Part shown: positions 8,806 to 23,653 of the stretch, one piece after another
How positions within the stretch are numbered: the first letter of the stretch is position 1
Layout of the letters: each line of letters starts with the position of its first letter
From: Betaproteobacteria bacterium
GTDB lineage: Bacteria; Pseudomonadota; Gammaproteobacteria; Burkholderiales; SG8-39
Length of the DNA stretch: 57,490 nt
Direction of reading: 5' to 3'
Assembly (NCBI GenBank): GCA_022340705.1
Contig: JAJDNJ010000065.1
Span: forward strand, 1-57,490
Notes under the pieces: generated by a model
Database searches by the model: none
What the model was told of the DNA's origin: nothing
Seen by the model: the letters and a program-made list of their open reading frames with translations, nothing else
Translations under genes and position numbers: made by a program

Positions 8806-9515
8806 TGAAGCCGGTCGCGATCTTCCGGCATGTGCGCAGCGAAGGACCGGGCTATTTTGCCACCGTGCTCACGCGCCGCTCAATCCCGCATCGTCTGGTT
8901 GCGGTCGACGCCGACGAGCCGGTGCCGCGCTCGGCGCGCGCGTTCTCCGGCCTCGTGTTGATGGGCGGCCCGATGAGCGCGAACGATGCGCTGCCCTGGA
9001 TTGCGCCTGTGCTCGCGCTGATTCAGGACGCGGTGCGCCACGACCTGCCGGTGCTCGGCCATTGCCTCGGCGCGCAGCTGATGGCGAAGGCGCTCGGCGC
9101 CGAAGTGCGCCCGGCGCGCGTCAAGGAGCTCGGCTGGGGCGAAGTGTCGGTCTCCGACAACGCGCTGGCGCGCGAGTGGTTCGGCGCGCGGCCCGGATTT
9201 ACCGCGTTTCACTGGCACGGCGAAACCTTCTCGCTGCCGCCGGGCGCGACGCGGATTCTCGAAAACGCCTACTGCGAGAACCAGGCCTTCGTGCTCGGCA
9301 AGCACGTTGGCCTGCAGTGCCACGTCGAGATGACGCCCGAACTGGTGCGCAGCTGGTGCCACGCCGGGCGCGCCGAGATCGAAGCCGCGCGCGCGAGCCC
9401 CGCGGTGCAGTCGGCCGAAGAGATGCAGGACCTGCTCGAGATGCGCGTGACGCAGCTCAACGCGGTAGCCGAAAGGGTGTACGCGCGCTGGCTCGAAGGG
9501 CTGGTCGGCGACTGA
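8805..9515 (+). CDS. class I glutamine amidotransferase-like protein (GMP synthase-like GATase domain)
   Basis: ATG 8805 is preceded by AAAGGAGG. The nucleophile elbow is LPVLGHCLGAQLMA and the His/Glu pair sits in LQCHVEMTPE. Confidence 0.8.
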   Translation: MKPVAIFRHVRSEGPGYFATVLTRRSIPHRLVAVDADEPVPRSARAFSGLVLMGGPMSANDALPWIAPVLALIQDAVRHDLPVLGHCLGAQLMAKALGAEVRPARVKELGWGEVSVSDNALAREWFGARPGFTAFHWHGETFSLPPGATRILENAYCENQAFVLGKHVGLQCHVEMTPELVRSWCHAGRAEIEAARASPAVQSAEEMQDLLEMRVTQLNAVAERVYARWLEGLVGD

Positions 9516-9537
9516 GCTGCGGCGGCCGGGCCCCCGC

Positions 9538-10023
9538 TCAGTCGCGGAAGTTCACGAACTGCAACGGCAGGTCGGTCACCGACTTGCGCACGAGCTGCAT
9601 CGTCGCCTGCAGATCGTCCTTCTTCGCACCGGACACGCGCACCGTATCGCCCTGGATCGAGGCCTGCACCTTGAGCTTCGCATCCTTGACCAGCTTGACG
9701 ATCGCCTTACCCTTGTCCTGTGGCACTCCGACCCGGACGGTCACCGGACGCTTGGCCTTGTCGCCCGAGATTTTCTCAATGGCGCCGAGCTCGAGGCAGC
9801 GCACGTCGACGTTGCGCTTGGTCAGGCGGCCGCGCAACACGTCGAGCACCTGTCCGAGCTTGAACTCGTCGTCGGCGAATGCCGTGAGCTGCAGCTCGTT
9901 CTGCTCGATGCGCGCGTCCGAGCCCTTGAAGTCGAAGCGGTTGGTGATTTCCTTGTTGGCCTGCTCGGTGGCGTTGCGGATCTCCTGCTTGTCCACCTGG
10001 GAAACGATGTCGAAGGAAGGCAT
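9538..10023 (-). CDS. yajQ: YajQ family nucleotide/cyclic-di-GMP-binding protein (UPF0234)
   Basis: [35 protein letters not shown]... at 161 aa is a near-textbook YajQ. Confidence 0.92.
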   Translation of the reverse strand: MPSFDIVSQVDKQEIRNATEQANKEITNRFDFKGSDARIEQNELQLTAFADDEFKLGQVLDVLRGRLTKRNVDVRCLELGAIEKISGDKAKRPVTVRVGVPQDKGKAIVKLVKDAKLKVQASIQGDTVRVSGAKKDDLQATMQLVRKSVTDLPLQFVNFRD

Positions 10024-10063
10024 GGGGTGATGCGGCGCGGTCCGGGTCCGAGTCGGGACCCCA

Positions 10064-10906
10064 TCATAGCGCAGCGGGGCGCGCCTCCTCTTCGGCGAGC
10101 GCCTGCGCGCTCAGCATGATCACCTCGATCTCCTGCGTGATCTCCTCCTGGCGCGCGGCATGCATGCGGCGCGCGAGTCCGGCGGTGGTGTCGTCCAGGC
10201 GGCGCAGCGCGCTGTCCATATGCTCGAGCCGGCGCCGGTTCTCGGCGATCAGCGAGAGCGAAAACGCGCTCTGCAGCGAGAGCAGCAGCGCCTGTTCGGC
10301 GAGCGCGGTGAAGAACTGCTCGGGCGGGAGCGTGAGACGCGGCGGAAAGTCCCGTGCGCCGGGCGGGGTTTCGGGTGCGGGCAGCGGGGCGATGACATGG
10401 GCCACCGGTCGCGCCAGCTCGGGATCCTCGTACAGAACGGTGACACGCAGGGGCGCGAGCGGCGCGGCGCGCTGCTCGCGTTCGAGCGCCGCGGCGACCT
10501 GCTCGAGCACCGCTGGCAGCTCCTCGACGACGCTCGCGCCGGGCAGCAGCTGCGCGGCGCGCGCCTCGCCCAGCCGCTCGGCGAGACGCGTGCCCACGAC
10601 CAGCAGTCGCTCGCCGCGCGCGCCGGCAGCCTCGGTCAGGGTGTCGTTGAACTCGCCGCAGAAGCCGCGCTCCGATCCGATGGCGATGCACACCGAGGCC
10701 TGCTGCGGCGCGGGTCCGGGCGGCGCGTAGAAGCGCATGACATCGCCCGCCGCGCGCTCGATGGTCGACATCGCGCGGCGCTGGTGCTCGAGCTGTCCGC
10801 CGAGCTTGCGCAGCTCGACGAGCGCGACGTTCCTCATGGCGGAGAGGATCGCACGCACCTCGGCATACGCATTCAGGCGCAGCTCGAGCTGGTGGCGCCG
10901 GCTCAT
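10064..10906 (-). CDS. atpG: N-type F-ATPase gamma subunit
   Basis: The 533-aa track ORF is trimmed to ATG 10906, which forms an ATGA overlap with the atpA stop. [32 protein letters not shown] and the C-terminal [21 protein letters not shown] are the gamma N- and C-terminal coiled-coil helices. It is the last gene of the operon. Confidence 0.85.
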   Translation of the reverse strand: MSRRHQLELRLNAYAEVRAILSAMRNVALVELRKLGGQLEHQRRAMSTIERAAGDVMRFYAPPGPAPQQASVCIAIGSERGFCGEFNDTLTEAAGARGERLLVVGTRLAERLGEARAAQLLPGASVVEELPAVLEQVAAALEREQRAAPLAPLRVTVLYEDPELARPVAHVIAPLPAPETPPGARDFPPRLTLPPEQFFTALAEQALLLSLQSAFSLSLIAENRRRLEHMDSALRRLDDTTAGLARRMHAARQEEITQEIEVIMLSAQALAEEEARPAAL

Positions 10907-12390
10907 GCCTCGCCCCGCGCCGGGCCCGTGCCCAGCCAGCCGGCGACCGCGCTGCTCCAGGCTTCGCGCGGCGCATCGAGCTCCGGCGCGCCGCGCGCGG
11001 CGCCCTGCGTCAGGGCGCGCAGCGCGGCGGTCAGCTTTTCCGCCTCGAGGCCGTCCAGGCTTCCGTCGTTGAAGGCGGTCATCCAGGCGAGCTGGCTCTC
11101 CGGCGCGAGCGGGCTGAGCGGCTCCTGCTTGAGCAGGTTGCGCAGCAGCCGCCCGCGCGCAAGGCGCGCGCGCAGGCCGGCCTCGAGGCGCGAGCCGAAG
11201 CGGGAGAAGGTCTCGAGTTCGAGAAACTGCAGGTACTCGAGCTTCATGCGCGCTGCTTCGTGCTTGATCGCCTCGGGCTGCGCCTTGCCGCCGATGCGCG
11301 AGACCGACCGGCGCACGTCGATCGCGGGCAGGATGCCGCTCGCGAACAGAGCGCGGTCGAAATAGATCTGGCCGTCGGTGATCGAGATCAGGTTGGTCGG
11401 AATGTAGGCCGCGATCTCGCCCTGTTCGGTCTCGACGATCGGCAGCGCGGTCATGCTGCCGCCGCCCTGCGCGGCGGAGAGACAGGTCGAACGCTCGAGC
11501 AGGCGCGCGTGCAGGTAGAACACGTCGCCCGGATAGGCTTCGCGTCCGGGCGGGCGGCGCAGGAGCAGCGACAGCTCGCGATAGATGCGCGCATGCGTCG
11601 ACAGATCGTCGTACACCACCAGTGCGTGGCGGCCCGCCTCCATCCAGGCTTCCGCGATCGCGCAACCGGCGTAGGGCGCTAGGTACTTCAGCCCCGGCGA
11701 GGCGGTGGCTTCGGCAACCACCAGGGTGGTGTACTCGAGCGCCCCGAGGCGGCGCAGAGTGTCGGTCACCGAGGCGATGGTCGAGCGTTTCTGGCCGATG
11801 AGCACGTACACGCAGCTCACACCGCGGCCCTTCTGCGCGAGCACCACGTCGAGCGCGAACGTCGTCTTGCCGGTACCGTTGTCGCCGATGAGGAGCTGGC
11901 GTTGCCCGCGCCCGATCGGGATCATGGTGTCGGCGACCTTGCTGCCCGTGATCAGCGGCTGCTTGACGAACTCGCGCGCCACGATCGGCGGCGAAGGCCC
12001 GTCTAGGCGGCGCTGTGCCGCACAGACCGGCGGCAGGGCGCCGTCGAGCGGCGCGCCGAGCGGGTCGACCATCCGCCCGAGCAGCGCGTCGCCGACGCCG
12101 AGCGCCAGACGCTCTCCGGTGAGCGTCGCCGCGGCGCCCGCGCGCAGGCCGCTCGCCTGCTCGAGAAGGATCGCGCCGATGCGCTCCCGGTCGAGGTGAA
12201 ATACGAGCGCCGTGCTGCCGTCCTCGGTGCGCAGAAGCTCTTCCATCGCCGCCGATGGCAGCCCCTCGATCCAGACGACGCCGTCGCCCACCGAGAGCAC
12301 GCGTCCGCGCTCGGCGACGCGTAGCGCGAAGCGATAGCCGTGCACGCGCGTCGCGCTGCGCTCGAGCACGCTGACCGGTTCATCCGGCAT
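10903..12390 (-). CDS. atpA: N-type F-ATPase alpha subunit
   Basis: 495 aa. Blocks are the P-loop [72 protein letters not shown], and ITDGQIYF. Confidence 0.93.
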   Translation of the reverse strand: MPDEPVSVLERSATRVHGYRFALRVAERGRVLSVGDGVVWIEGLPSAAMEELLRTEDGSTALVFHLDRERIGAILLEQASGLRAGAAATLTGERLALGVGDALLGRMVDPLGAPLDGALPPVCAAQRRLDGPSPPIVAREFVKQPLITGSKVADTMIPIGRGQRQLLIGDNGTGKTTFALDVVLAQKGRGVSCVYVLIGQKRSTIASVTDTLRRLGALEYTTLVVAEATASPGLKYLAPYAGCAIAEAWMEAGRHALVVYDDLSTHARIYRELSLLLRRPPGREAYPGDVFYLHARLLERSTCLSAAQGGGSMTALPIVETEQGEIAAYIPTNLISITDGQIYFDRALFASGILPAIDVRRSVSRIGGKAQPEAIKHEAARMKLEYLQFLELETFSRFGSRLEAGLRARLARGRLLRNLLKQEPLSPLAPESQLAWMTAFNDGSLDGLEAEKLTAALRALTQGAARGAPELDAPREAWSSAVAGWLGTGPARGEA

Positions 12391-13129
12391 CGCGCGGCCC
12401 GGCGGAAAAGAAGCGCAGTTCGTCGCGCAGGTCGGCCTGCAGCAGCCACGGCCCGAGGGCCACGCTCAGCCCAGACAGCAGCGCAGCGTCGACTGCGAAC
12501 TCGGCATGGCAGTCGACGCCGAGCACCTCCGACAAGGCTTGCTCGACGCGCGCGCGTGCCGCATCGTCGAGCGGGCGGGCGCTGTGCACCGCGACGCGCC
12601 CTTCGGCCGCGCGCGCCGCCTCGGCAAGCACCGTGCGGCGCTCGGTGCCCAGCCCGGCGAGGTCGGCGGCGAACAGCTCGACCAGGCGCGCATCGAGCTC
12701 GGGCCCCGAGAGCCGCTCGAGCAGCCGGGCGACGAACGTTCCGGCCTGCTCGAGCGCACGGCTCTCGTTCGCGCGCTGCTGCTCGAGCGCCTGCTTGGCC
12801 TGCAACGCGGCGAGCCGCGCGCGCTCCTGCTCGGCGGCGCGCGCCGCATCGGCAAGACCCTTCTCACGCTGCGCCGCGAGCTCGGCGGCGAGCGCGCTAC
12901 GCGCCTGCGCGCGCTCGCTCTCCCACTCGGCAAGACGCGTTTCGACCTCGCTGCGCGCCGCCGCAGCCTGCTCGCGCGCGGCCTTGGCTTCGGACAGCGT
13001 GTGCTCGACGGCGCTGCGCCGGCGGTCGATCGCGGCCAGCACCGGACGGTACAGGAAGCGATGCAGGATCCACACCAGGACCGCGAAATTGATCAGCTCG
13101 AGAATGAAGCTGGTGAGGTCGAGTTGCAT
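12380..13129 (-). CDS. atpF: N-type F-ATPase b subunit (long form, no separate delta)
   Basis: A single N-terminal TM helix ([20 protein letters not shown]) is followed by a long Ala/Glu/Arg coiled coil. At 249 aa it is longer than canonical b subunits. No atpH gene is present in the operon. Confidence 0.8.
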   Translation of the reverse strand: MQLDLTSFILELINFAVLVWILHRFLYRPVLAAIDRRRSAVEHTLSEAKAAREQAAAARSEVETRLAEWESERAQARSALAAELAAQREKGLADAARAAEQERARLAALQAKQALEQQRANESRALEQAGTFVARLLERLSGPELDARLVELFAADLAGLGTERRTVLAEAARAAEGRVAVHSARPLDDAARARVEQALSEVLGVDCHAEFAVDAALLSGLSVALGPWLLQADLRDELRFFSAGPRDAG

Positions 13130-13133
13130 GGCA

Positions 13134-14076
<943 letters not shown>

Positions 14077-14080
<4 letters not shown>

Positions 14081-14362
14081 CCGCGCCGCTCCCGGACGAA
14101 CAGATAGACGTTGAGCGCGCCGAGCGCCACGCCGAGCACGATGAGGCTCACGGTGAAGCGGATCGAGTATCCCGTGAACAGGCTGTCGATCCAGCGCCCG
14201 AGATAGGCGCCCGCCACCACCGGGATGACGAACAGAATTGCAAGGCTGCCCAGATACACGGTCTGCGCGATCAGGCGCGAACGTTCGCGCTCGGCACGCT
14301 GCATCCGCCCGGACTCGCGCGCGACCGCCTGCTGCAGCTTGTCGTCCTTGTCCGGCACCGGG

Positions 14363-14379
<17 letters not shown>
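14077..14379 (-). CDS. atpQ: AtpZ/AtpQ-like small membrane protein of the N-ATPase operon
   Basis: 100 aa with a GTG start. A charged N-terminus is followed by two TM helices, with LGSLAILFVIPVVAGAYLGRWID resembling the AtpZ/ATPase_gene1 family. It sits between atpC and atpB. Confidence 0.65.
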
Positions 14380-18370
<3,991 letters not shown>

Positions 18371-18376
18371 GCGCGT

Positions 18377-19297
18377 TCAGCCCTCGACTTTGCCGAGGAG
18401 CAGGTACTCGAGCAAGGCTTTCTGGGCGTGCAGGCGGTTCTCGGCTTCCTCCCAGACCACGCTCTGCGGCCCGTCGATGACCTCGGCGGCGACTTCCTCG
18501 CCGCGGTGCGCGGGCAGGCAGTGCATGAAAATCGCGTCCGGCTTGGCCGCGCGCATCATCTTCGCATCGACCTGCCAGTCGCGGAACGCCGCGCGCCGCG
18601 CGTCGTCCTCGGCTTCGAAGCCCATGCTGGTCCACACGTCGGTGGTCACCAGGTCGGCGCTGCGCACGGCTTCCTGCGGGTCGCTGAACTGGGTGTAATG
18701 CGCCGTGCCGCGCAGACCGGCGCGCGCCGGGTCGACCTCGTAACCCGGCGGAGTCGATACGTGCATGTTGAAGTCGAGCACTTCTGCTGCCTGCAGCCAG
18801 GTGTTGCAAACGTTGTTCGAATCGCCCACCCAGGCCACGGTGCGCCCGCGCAGCTCGCCGCGCTGCTCGATGAAGGTGTAGACGTCGGCCAGGATCTGGC
18901 AGGGATGATATTCGTTGGTCAGGCCGTTGATCACCGGGACGCGCGAATGCGCCGCGAAGCGCTCGATGACCGCCTGCTCGAAGGTACGGATCATCACCAC
19001 GTCGCACATGCGCGAGATGACCTGTGCCGAGTCCTCGACGGGCTCGCCGCGGCCGAGCTGCGAGTCGCGCGTGCTGAGAAAGATCGCGGTGCCGCCGAGC
19101 TGGTGCATCCCCGCCTCGAACGAAAGCCGCGTGCGCGTCGACTGCTTCTCGAAGATCATTGCCAGCGTGCGGTCGGCGAGCGGCCAGTAGCGCTCGTAGC
19201 GCTTGAAGCGCTCCTTGATCCAGCGCGTGCGCTCGAACAGCTGCGCGTAGTCCTCGCGCGCAAAATCCTTGAACTGCAGGTAGTGGCGAACTTGCAC
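18377..19297 (-). CDS. argF: ornithine carbamoyltransferase
   Basis: FEKQSTRTRLSFE, the ornithine site NEYHPCQILAD, DVWTSMG and HCLPAHRGEE. Confidence 0.93.
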   Translation of the reverse strand: MQVRHYLQFKDFAREDYAQLFERTRWIKERFKRYERYWPLADRTLAMIFEKQSTRTRLSFEAGMHQLGGTAIFLSTRDSQLGRGEPVEDSAQVISRMCDVVMIRTFEQAVIERFAAHSRVPVINGLTNEYHPCQILADVYTFIEQRGELRGRTVAWVGDSNNVCNTWLQAAEVLDFNMHVSTPPGYEVDPARAGLRGTAHYTQFSDPQEAVRSADLVTTDVWTSMGFEAEDDARRAAFRDWQVDAKMMRAAKPDAIFMHCLPAHRGEEVAAEVIDGPQSVVWEEAENRLHAQKALLEYLLLGKVEG

Positions 19298-19307
19298 GCC
19301 CGGCTCT

Positions 19308-20528
19308 CTAGCGCGCGGCGGCGCTCGCCGCCACGCCGGCCTGGGCGAGGAAATCGCGGATGATCGGCACCAGCCGCTCGACCACCATGGCGCCTTCGGC
19401 CTCGCTCATGATCAGCGGGGGCAGCAGGCGCACGACCCGGTCGTTGGTGACGTTGACGATGAGACCATCGGCAAGCGCGCGCGCGACGATCTCGCCGCAG
19501 GGCCGATCGAGCTCGATGCCGATCATCAGACCCATGCCGCGGATTTCGCGCACTCCCGGCAGTCCCTCGAGCCCGGCGACGAGTCCATCGCGGATCGCAC
19601 GCCCGACGCGCTCGGCGTTGCCGAGCAGGTCATCGCGCTGCATCGTCTCGACGGTCGCGATCAGCGCGGCCATCGCGAGCGGGTTGCCGCCGAAGGTCGA
19701 ACCATGGTGCCCGGGCTTGAACAGGCCCTTGGCGCGCCCGCCGGTGACGCAGGCGCCGACCGGCACGCCGCCGGCGAGCCCCTTGGCGAGCGGCACGACA
19801 TCCGGCAGGAAGCCTGCATGCTGGTAGACGAACCACTTGCCGGTGCGCCCGAGACCGCATTGCACCTCGTCGGAGATGAACAGCCACTCCTTTTCCTGGC
19901 ACAGCGCGTGCAGCGCGCGCAGGTACTCGAGCTGCGACACGTTGATGCCGCCTTCGCCCTGGATCGGCTCGACCATCACCGCGACCACGCTCGCGTCGCG
20001 CTCGGCGATCGCGCGCACCGTGTCGATGTCGTTCAGCGGCACGCGCACGAAGCCCGGCACGAGCGGCTCGAACCCCGCCTGCACCTTGCGGCTGCCGGTC
20101 GCCGACAGGGTGGCGATGGTGCGGCCGTGGAACGCGTTGTCCATCACCACGATATGCGGTGCTTCGACGCCGCGCCGGTGGCCGTAGAGGCGCGCGAGCT
20201 TGATTGCGGCCTCGTTTGCCTCGCAGCCCGAATTGCAGAAGAACACCTCGTCGAGGCCGGTGACCTCCGCAAGCAGGTCTGCCGCGCGCTCCTGCAACGG
20301 GATGCGGAACAGGTTCGAGGTATGGATGACCCGCGCGGCCTGCTCGGCGATCGCGCGCGTGAGTACCGGATGCGCGTGGCCGAGCGTGCTGACCGCAATG
20401 CCGGCGAGGGCATCGAGGTAGCGTTTGCCCGATTCGTCCCACAACCAGACGCCTTCGCCGCGCAGGAACGCGATCGGCTGGCGCGCGTAAGTGTTCATCA
20501 CATGGGACACGTGGGTCGCCTGAGACAT
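19308..20528 (-). CDS. argD: acetylornithine/succinylornithine aminotransferase
   Basis: Class III aminotransferase with NSGCEANEAAIKLAR, DEVQCGLGRTGK and STFGGNPLA. The start is set to ATG 20528 (MSQATHV), 8 nt after GGGAGG. The track start at 20537 is a GTG lying inside that RBS spacing. Confidence 0.92.
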   Translation of the reverse strand: MSQATHVSHVMNTYARQPIAFLRGEGVWLWDESGKRYLDALAGIAVSTLGHAHPVLTRAIAEQAARVIHTSNLFRIPLQERAADLLAEVTGLDEVFFCNSGCEANEAAIKLARLYGHRRGVEAPHIVVMDNAFHGRTIATLSATGSRKVQAGFEPLVPGFVRVPLNDIDTVRAIAERDASVVAVMVEPIQGEGGINVSQLEYLRALHALCQEKEWLFISDEVQCGLGRTGKWFVYQHAGFLPDVVPLAKGLAGGVPVGACVTGGRAKGLFKPGHHGSTFGGNPLAMAALIATVETMQRDDLLGNAERVGRAIRDGLVAGLEGLPGVREIRGMGLMIGIELDRPCGEIVARALADGLIVNVTNDRVVRLLPPLIMSEAEGAMVVERLVPIIRDFLAQAGVAASAAAR

Positions 20529-20544
20529 GGTGCGCACCTCCCAG

Positions 20545-20574
20545 AAACGAAAAACGGCGGCCCAAGCCGCCGTT
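20545..20574 (-). terminator. intrinsic terminator-like hairpin with U-run (downstream of rpsT, abutting argD RBS)
   Basis: On the minus strand: AACGGCGGC-ttgg-GCCGCCGTT followed by TTTTCGTTTC. The argD GGGAGG RBS follows directly after. Confidence 0.6.
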
Positions 20575-20742
20575 CGTTAGATGCTAGCACAGGCATGCAC
20601 GCGTCGCGCCGGATTCGCCCGAGGGCCGCCACGCGCGACGCCCGATGGTGCCAGAGCGCGTCGCTATAATCGCGCCATGTTTCCGCCTGCGGTTGCCACG
20701 CCGCGCGCGCACGCGGCGCGCGCCGCGTCGTGCTCGTTGTGC

Positions 20743-21009
20743 TTACTGCGCCATGGCCTTGATGGTCAGTGCGAGACGGCTCTTGTGGCGGTTGGCCGCG
20801 TTGCGATGCAGGACGCCCTTGGCAGCGACGCGGTCGATCGTGCTGCTGCAGCGCACGAGCACTGCTTCGGCCGCGGCCCTGTCACCGGCGAGGATCGCCT
20901 TCTCGACGTTCTTGATCGCCGTGCGCGCAGCGGTGCGCAGGCTCATGTTGTGCGCGCGGCGCGCGTCGGCCTGACGGGCGCGCTTGCGTGCGGATGCGGA
21001 ATTGGCCAT
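20743..21009 (-). CDS. rpsT: 30S ribosomal protein S20
   Basis: [33 protein letters not shown]...[12 protein letters not shown], 88 aa. Confidence 0.95.
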   Translation of the reverse strand: MANSASARKRARQADARRAHNMSLRTAARTAIKNVEKAILAGDRAAAEAVLVRCSSTIDRVAAKGVLHRNAANRHKSRLALTIKAMAQ

Positions 21010-21039
21010 GAGTTCTGTTCAGCCTTGAAAAAGGGGCGC

Positions 21040-21068
21040 ATTCTAGCGGCCAAGCGCCTGCTGCGCAA
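21040..21068 (-). promoter_or_regulatory. candidate sigma70 promoter of rpsT
   Basis: On the minus strand: TTGCGC (21068-21063), a 17-nt spacer, then TAGAAT (21045-21040). It lies about 30 nt upstream of the rpsT ATG. Confidence 0.45.
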
Positions 21069-21122
21069 GGGAAATTCCGGTCTGCGACGAGGCGCGACCG
21101 TCGCGCCGCGCGCCCCGCTGCG

Positions 21123-22661
21123 ATGAACCTGCTGCGCGCGCTCGGCACCGTCAGCAGCATGACGCTGGTGAGCCGGGTGCTCGGCTTTGTGCGCGACCTG
21201 CTGATCGCGCGCCTGTTCGGCGCGGGGCTGGCGACCGACGCCTTCTTCGTCGCCTTCCGGATCCCCAACCTGTTGCGCCGCCTGTTCGCGGAAGGCGCGT
21301 TTTCTCAGGCCTTCGTGCCGGTGCTGGGCGAGTACAAGCAGCGCCAGTCGCCCGAGGAGACGCGCGCGCTGCTCGACAGCGTCGCGACGCTGCTCTTTCT
21401 CGCGCTGGTGCTGGCGGCCGCGCTCGGCGTGCTGGGCGCGCCGCTGATCATCTATGTGTCGGCGCCCGGCTTTGCCGACGATCCGGATAAGTTCGCGCTC
21501 ACGGTGCAGCTGCTGCGCATCACCTTTCCCTACATCCTGTTCATTTCGCTGGTCGCGCTCGCGGCGGGGATCCTCAACACCTGGAGCCGGTTTGCGGTGC
21601 CGGCGTTGACGCCGGCGCTGCTCAACGTTTCGTTCATCGTCGCCGCGCTGTTCTTCGCCGGGCATTTCGACCCGCCGGTGCTGGCGCTCGCCTGGGCGGT
21701 GTTCGCCGGCGGCCTGCTGCAGCTTGCCTTCCAGCTGCCGTTTCTCGCGCGCCTCGGCGTGCTGCCGCGCTGGCGCCTCAAGCTGCGCCATCCCGGCGTG
21801 ACGCGCATCCTCAAGCTGATGGCGCCCGCCGTGTTCGGGGTGTCGGTGAGCCAGATCTCGCTTCTCATCAACACGATCTTCGCCTCGTTTCTCGTCTCGG
21901 GCAGCGTGTCCTGGCTGTACTACGCCGATCGCCTGATGGAGTTCCCCGCGGGCATGCTCGGTGTGGCGCTCGGCACGATCCTGCTGCCGAGCCTGTCGAA
22001 GGCGCACGCGCAGACCGACGCCGAAACCACCGCGCGCCTGCTCGACTGGGGACTGCGCGTCAGCCTGCTGCTCGCGATCCCGGCCGCCGCGGCGCTCGCG
22101 GTGATCGCACTGCCGCTGATCGCCACGCTGTTTCACTACGGGCGATTCGGGCCGGAGGACGCCTGGATGACCCGCCAGGCGCTGATCGCCTACAGCATCG
22201 GCCTGGTCGGCATGATCCTGGTGAAGATCCTCGCGCCCGGGTTCTACGCGCGCCAGAACGTCGCCACCCCGGTGCGCATTGCAGTGCTCACCCTCGTCGC
22301 GACGCAGGCGATGAATCTCGCGTTCATCGTTCCCCTCAAGCACGCCGGCCTGGCGCTCGCGGTAGGCCTCGGCGCCTGCCTGAACGCCGCGCTGCTCTTC
22401 CGCAGCCTGCGCCGGCAGGCGATCTACCGGCCGCAGCCGGGTTGGGCGGCGTTCGGCGCCCGCGTGGTGCTGAGCGTCTGCCTGATGGGGCTCGCATTGC
22501 ATTTCGCCATGGGGGAGGCCGAGTGGTGGCTCTCGGCGACAGGTCGGCAGAAAGTCCCTGCTCTTGCCGGGCTGGTCCTGCTCGGCGCCGCGGTGTACGG
22601 TGGCAGTCTGCTCGCGATGGGAGTTCGGATGAAGGATTTCGCGCGCCAGGGCCTCGACTGA
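21123..22661 (+). CDS. murJ: lipid II flippase MurJ
   Basis: MNLLRALGTVSSMTLVSRVLGFVRDLLIARLFGAGLATDAFFVAFRIPNLLRRLFAEGAFSQAFVP is the MurJ N-terminal signature. The protein is 512 aa and polytopic, and sits next to rpsT as in many proteobacteria. Confidence 0.95.
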   Translation: MNLLRALGTVSSMTLVSRVLGFVRDLLIARLFGAGLATDAFFVAFRIPNLLRRLFAEGAFSQAFVPVLGEYKQRQSPEETRALLDSVATLLFLALVLAAALGVLGAPLIIYVSAPGFADDPDKFALTVQLLRITFPYILFISLVALAAGILNTWSRFAVPALTPALLNVSFIVAALFFAGHFDPPVLALAWAVFAGGLLQLAFQLPFLARLGVLPRWRLKLRHPGVTRILKLMAPAVFGVSVSQISLLINTIFASFLVSGSVSWLYYADRLMEFPAGMLGVALGTILLPSLSKAHAQTDAETTARLLDWGLRVSLLLAIPAAAALAVIALPLIATLFHYGRFGPEDAWMTRQALIAYSIGLVGMILVKILAPGFYARQNVATPVRIAVLTLVATQAMNLAFIVPLKHAGLALAVGLGACLNAALLFRSLRRQAIYRPQPGWAAFGARVVLSVCLMGLALHFAMGEAEWWLSATGRQKVPALAGLVLLGAAVYGGSLLAMGVRMKDFARQGLD

Positions 22662-23569
22662 TGGCGGCGCCGGGGACGAGACCGGCACTGCGGACACCGC
22701 AGGGCGCGACGGTTTCTCAGGACGCGCTCGAGCCGTTCCGCGCGCTCATGGCGCAGGCCGATGCGCGCATCGAGCTCGCGCGCGCCTGCCTGATGATCGC
22801 GCGCGACGCCTACCCCGCGCTCGACCCGGCGCACTACCTCGGCGAGATCGAGCGCTACGCGTTGCGCCTGCGCGCGCATTTGCCCCAAGGTGGCGACGTC
22901 GGGGCAAAGGTGATCGCGCTGAACGAGTTCTTCTTCGGCGAGCTTGGCTTCGAAGGCAACGTCGAGCGTTACTACGACCCGCGCAACAGCTACCTGAACG
23001 AAGTGATCGACCGGCGCACCGGCATCCCGATCAGCCTGGCGATCCTGTACATGGAGCTCGGCCGGCGCATCGGCCTGCCCCTCGAGGGGGTCTCGTTCCC
23101 GGGTCACTTCCTCGTGCGCCTGAAGCTGCGCGGCGGCATCCTGGTGCTCGATCCCTTCGCTGGGGGCACGCCGCAGTCCGCGGACGACCTGCGCGCGCGC
23201 CTCGCGCGCGTGGTCCCGCCGGGCGCGGCCGGTGACCTGCCGGTTGATGCACTGCCGCTCGACCAGTTTCTCGAGCCCGCGACCCATCGCCAGATCCTGG
23301 CGCGTTTGCTGCGCAACCTGAAGGCGATCTACCGCGACGCCGACGACACGTTGCGCCTGCTTCAGGTGCTCGATCGAATTCTGATCGTCACACCCGACGC
23401 GAGCGCGGATCTGCGCGACCGGGGTCTCGCCTACCAGCGCCTCGAGTGCTGGCAGCCCGCGCTCGCCGACCTGGCGGCCTATCTCGAGCGCGAGCCCGAT
23501 GCACCCGACGCCGAGGACATGCGCGTGGCGCTGAGCGCACTGCGCGCGCAGTGCGCGCGCATGAACTGA
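22661..23569 (+). CDS. SirB1/YchA-like protein (transglutaminase-like N-domain + TPR)
   Basis: Track ORF 22442-23569 trimmed to ATG 22661, which overlaps the murJ stop by 1 nt. Blocks are YYDPRNSYLNEVIDRRTGIPISLAILYMELGRRIGLPLEGVSFPGHFLV, then a TPR-like tail with RDRGLAYQRLECWQPALADLAAYL. Confidence 0.75.
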   Translation: MAAPGTRPALRTPQGATVSQDALEPFRALMAQADARIELARACLMIARDAYPALDPAHYLGEIERYALRLRAHLPQGGDVGAKVIALNEFFFGELGFEGNVERYYDPRNSYLNEVIDRRTGIPISLAILYMELGRRIGLPLEGVSFPGHFLVRLKLRGGILVLDPFAGGTPQSADDLRARLARVVPPGAAGDLPVDALPLDQFLEPATHRQILARLLRNLKAIYRDADDTLRLLQVLDRILIVTPDASADLRDRGLAYQRLECWQPALADLAAYLEREPDAPDAEDMRVALSALRAQCARMN

Positions 23570-23653
23570 GCCGCGGCACAGCCCGCGCGGCCGAGGCGCG
23601 CCCGCGCCGCGGTGCAGCAAACTCACTATAATTCAGCATTTTGAGCCTGCACC

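Noticed and set aside
20665-20670. Perfect TATAAT on the plus strand in the rpsT-argD spacer (possible antisense-rpsT promoter)
   Set aside because: No acceptable -35 or extended -10 (TGn) lies upstream. The plus-strand ORFs that follow (20581-21126, 20645-20974) are antisense junk. A single hexamer is insufficient.
20943-22697. 584-aa minus-strand ORF
   Set aside because: It is antisense to murJ, whose N-terminal signature is textbook. The product is extremely Arg/Gln/Glu/His-rich.
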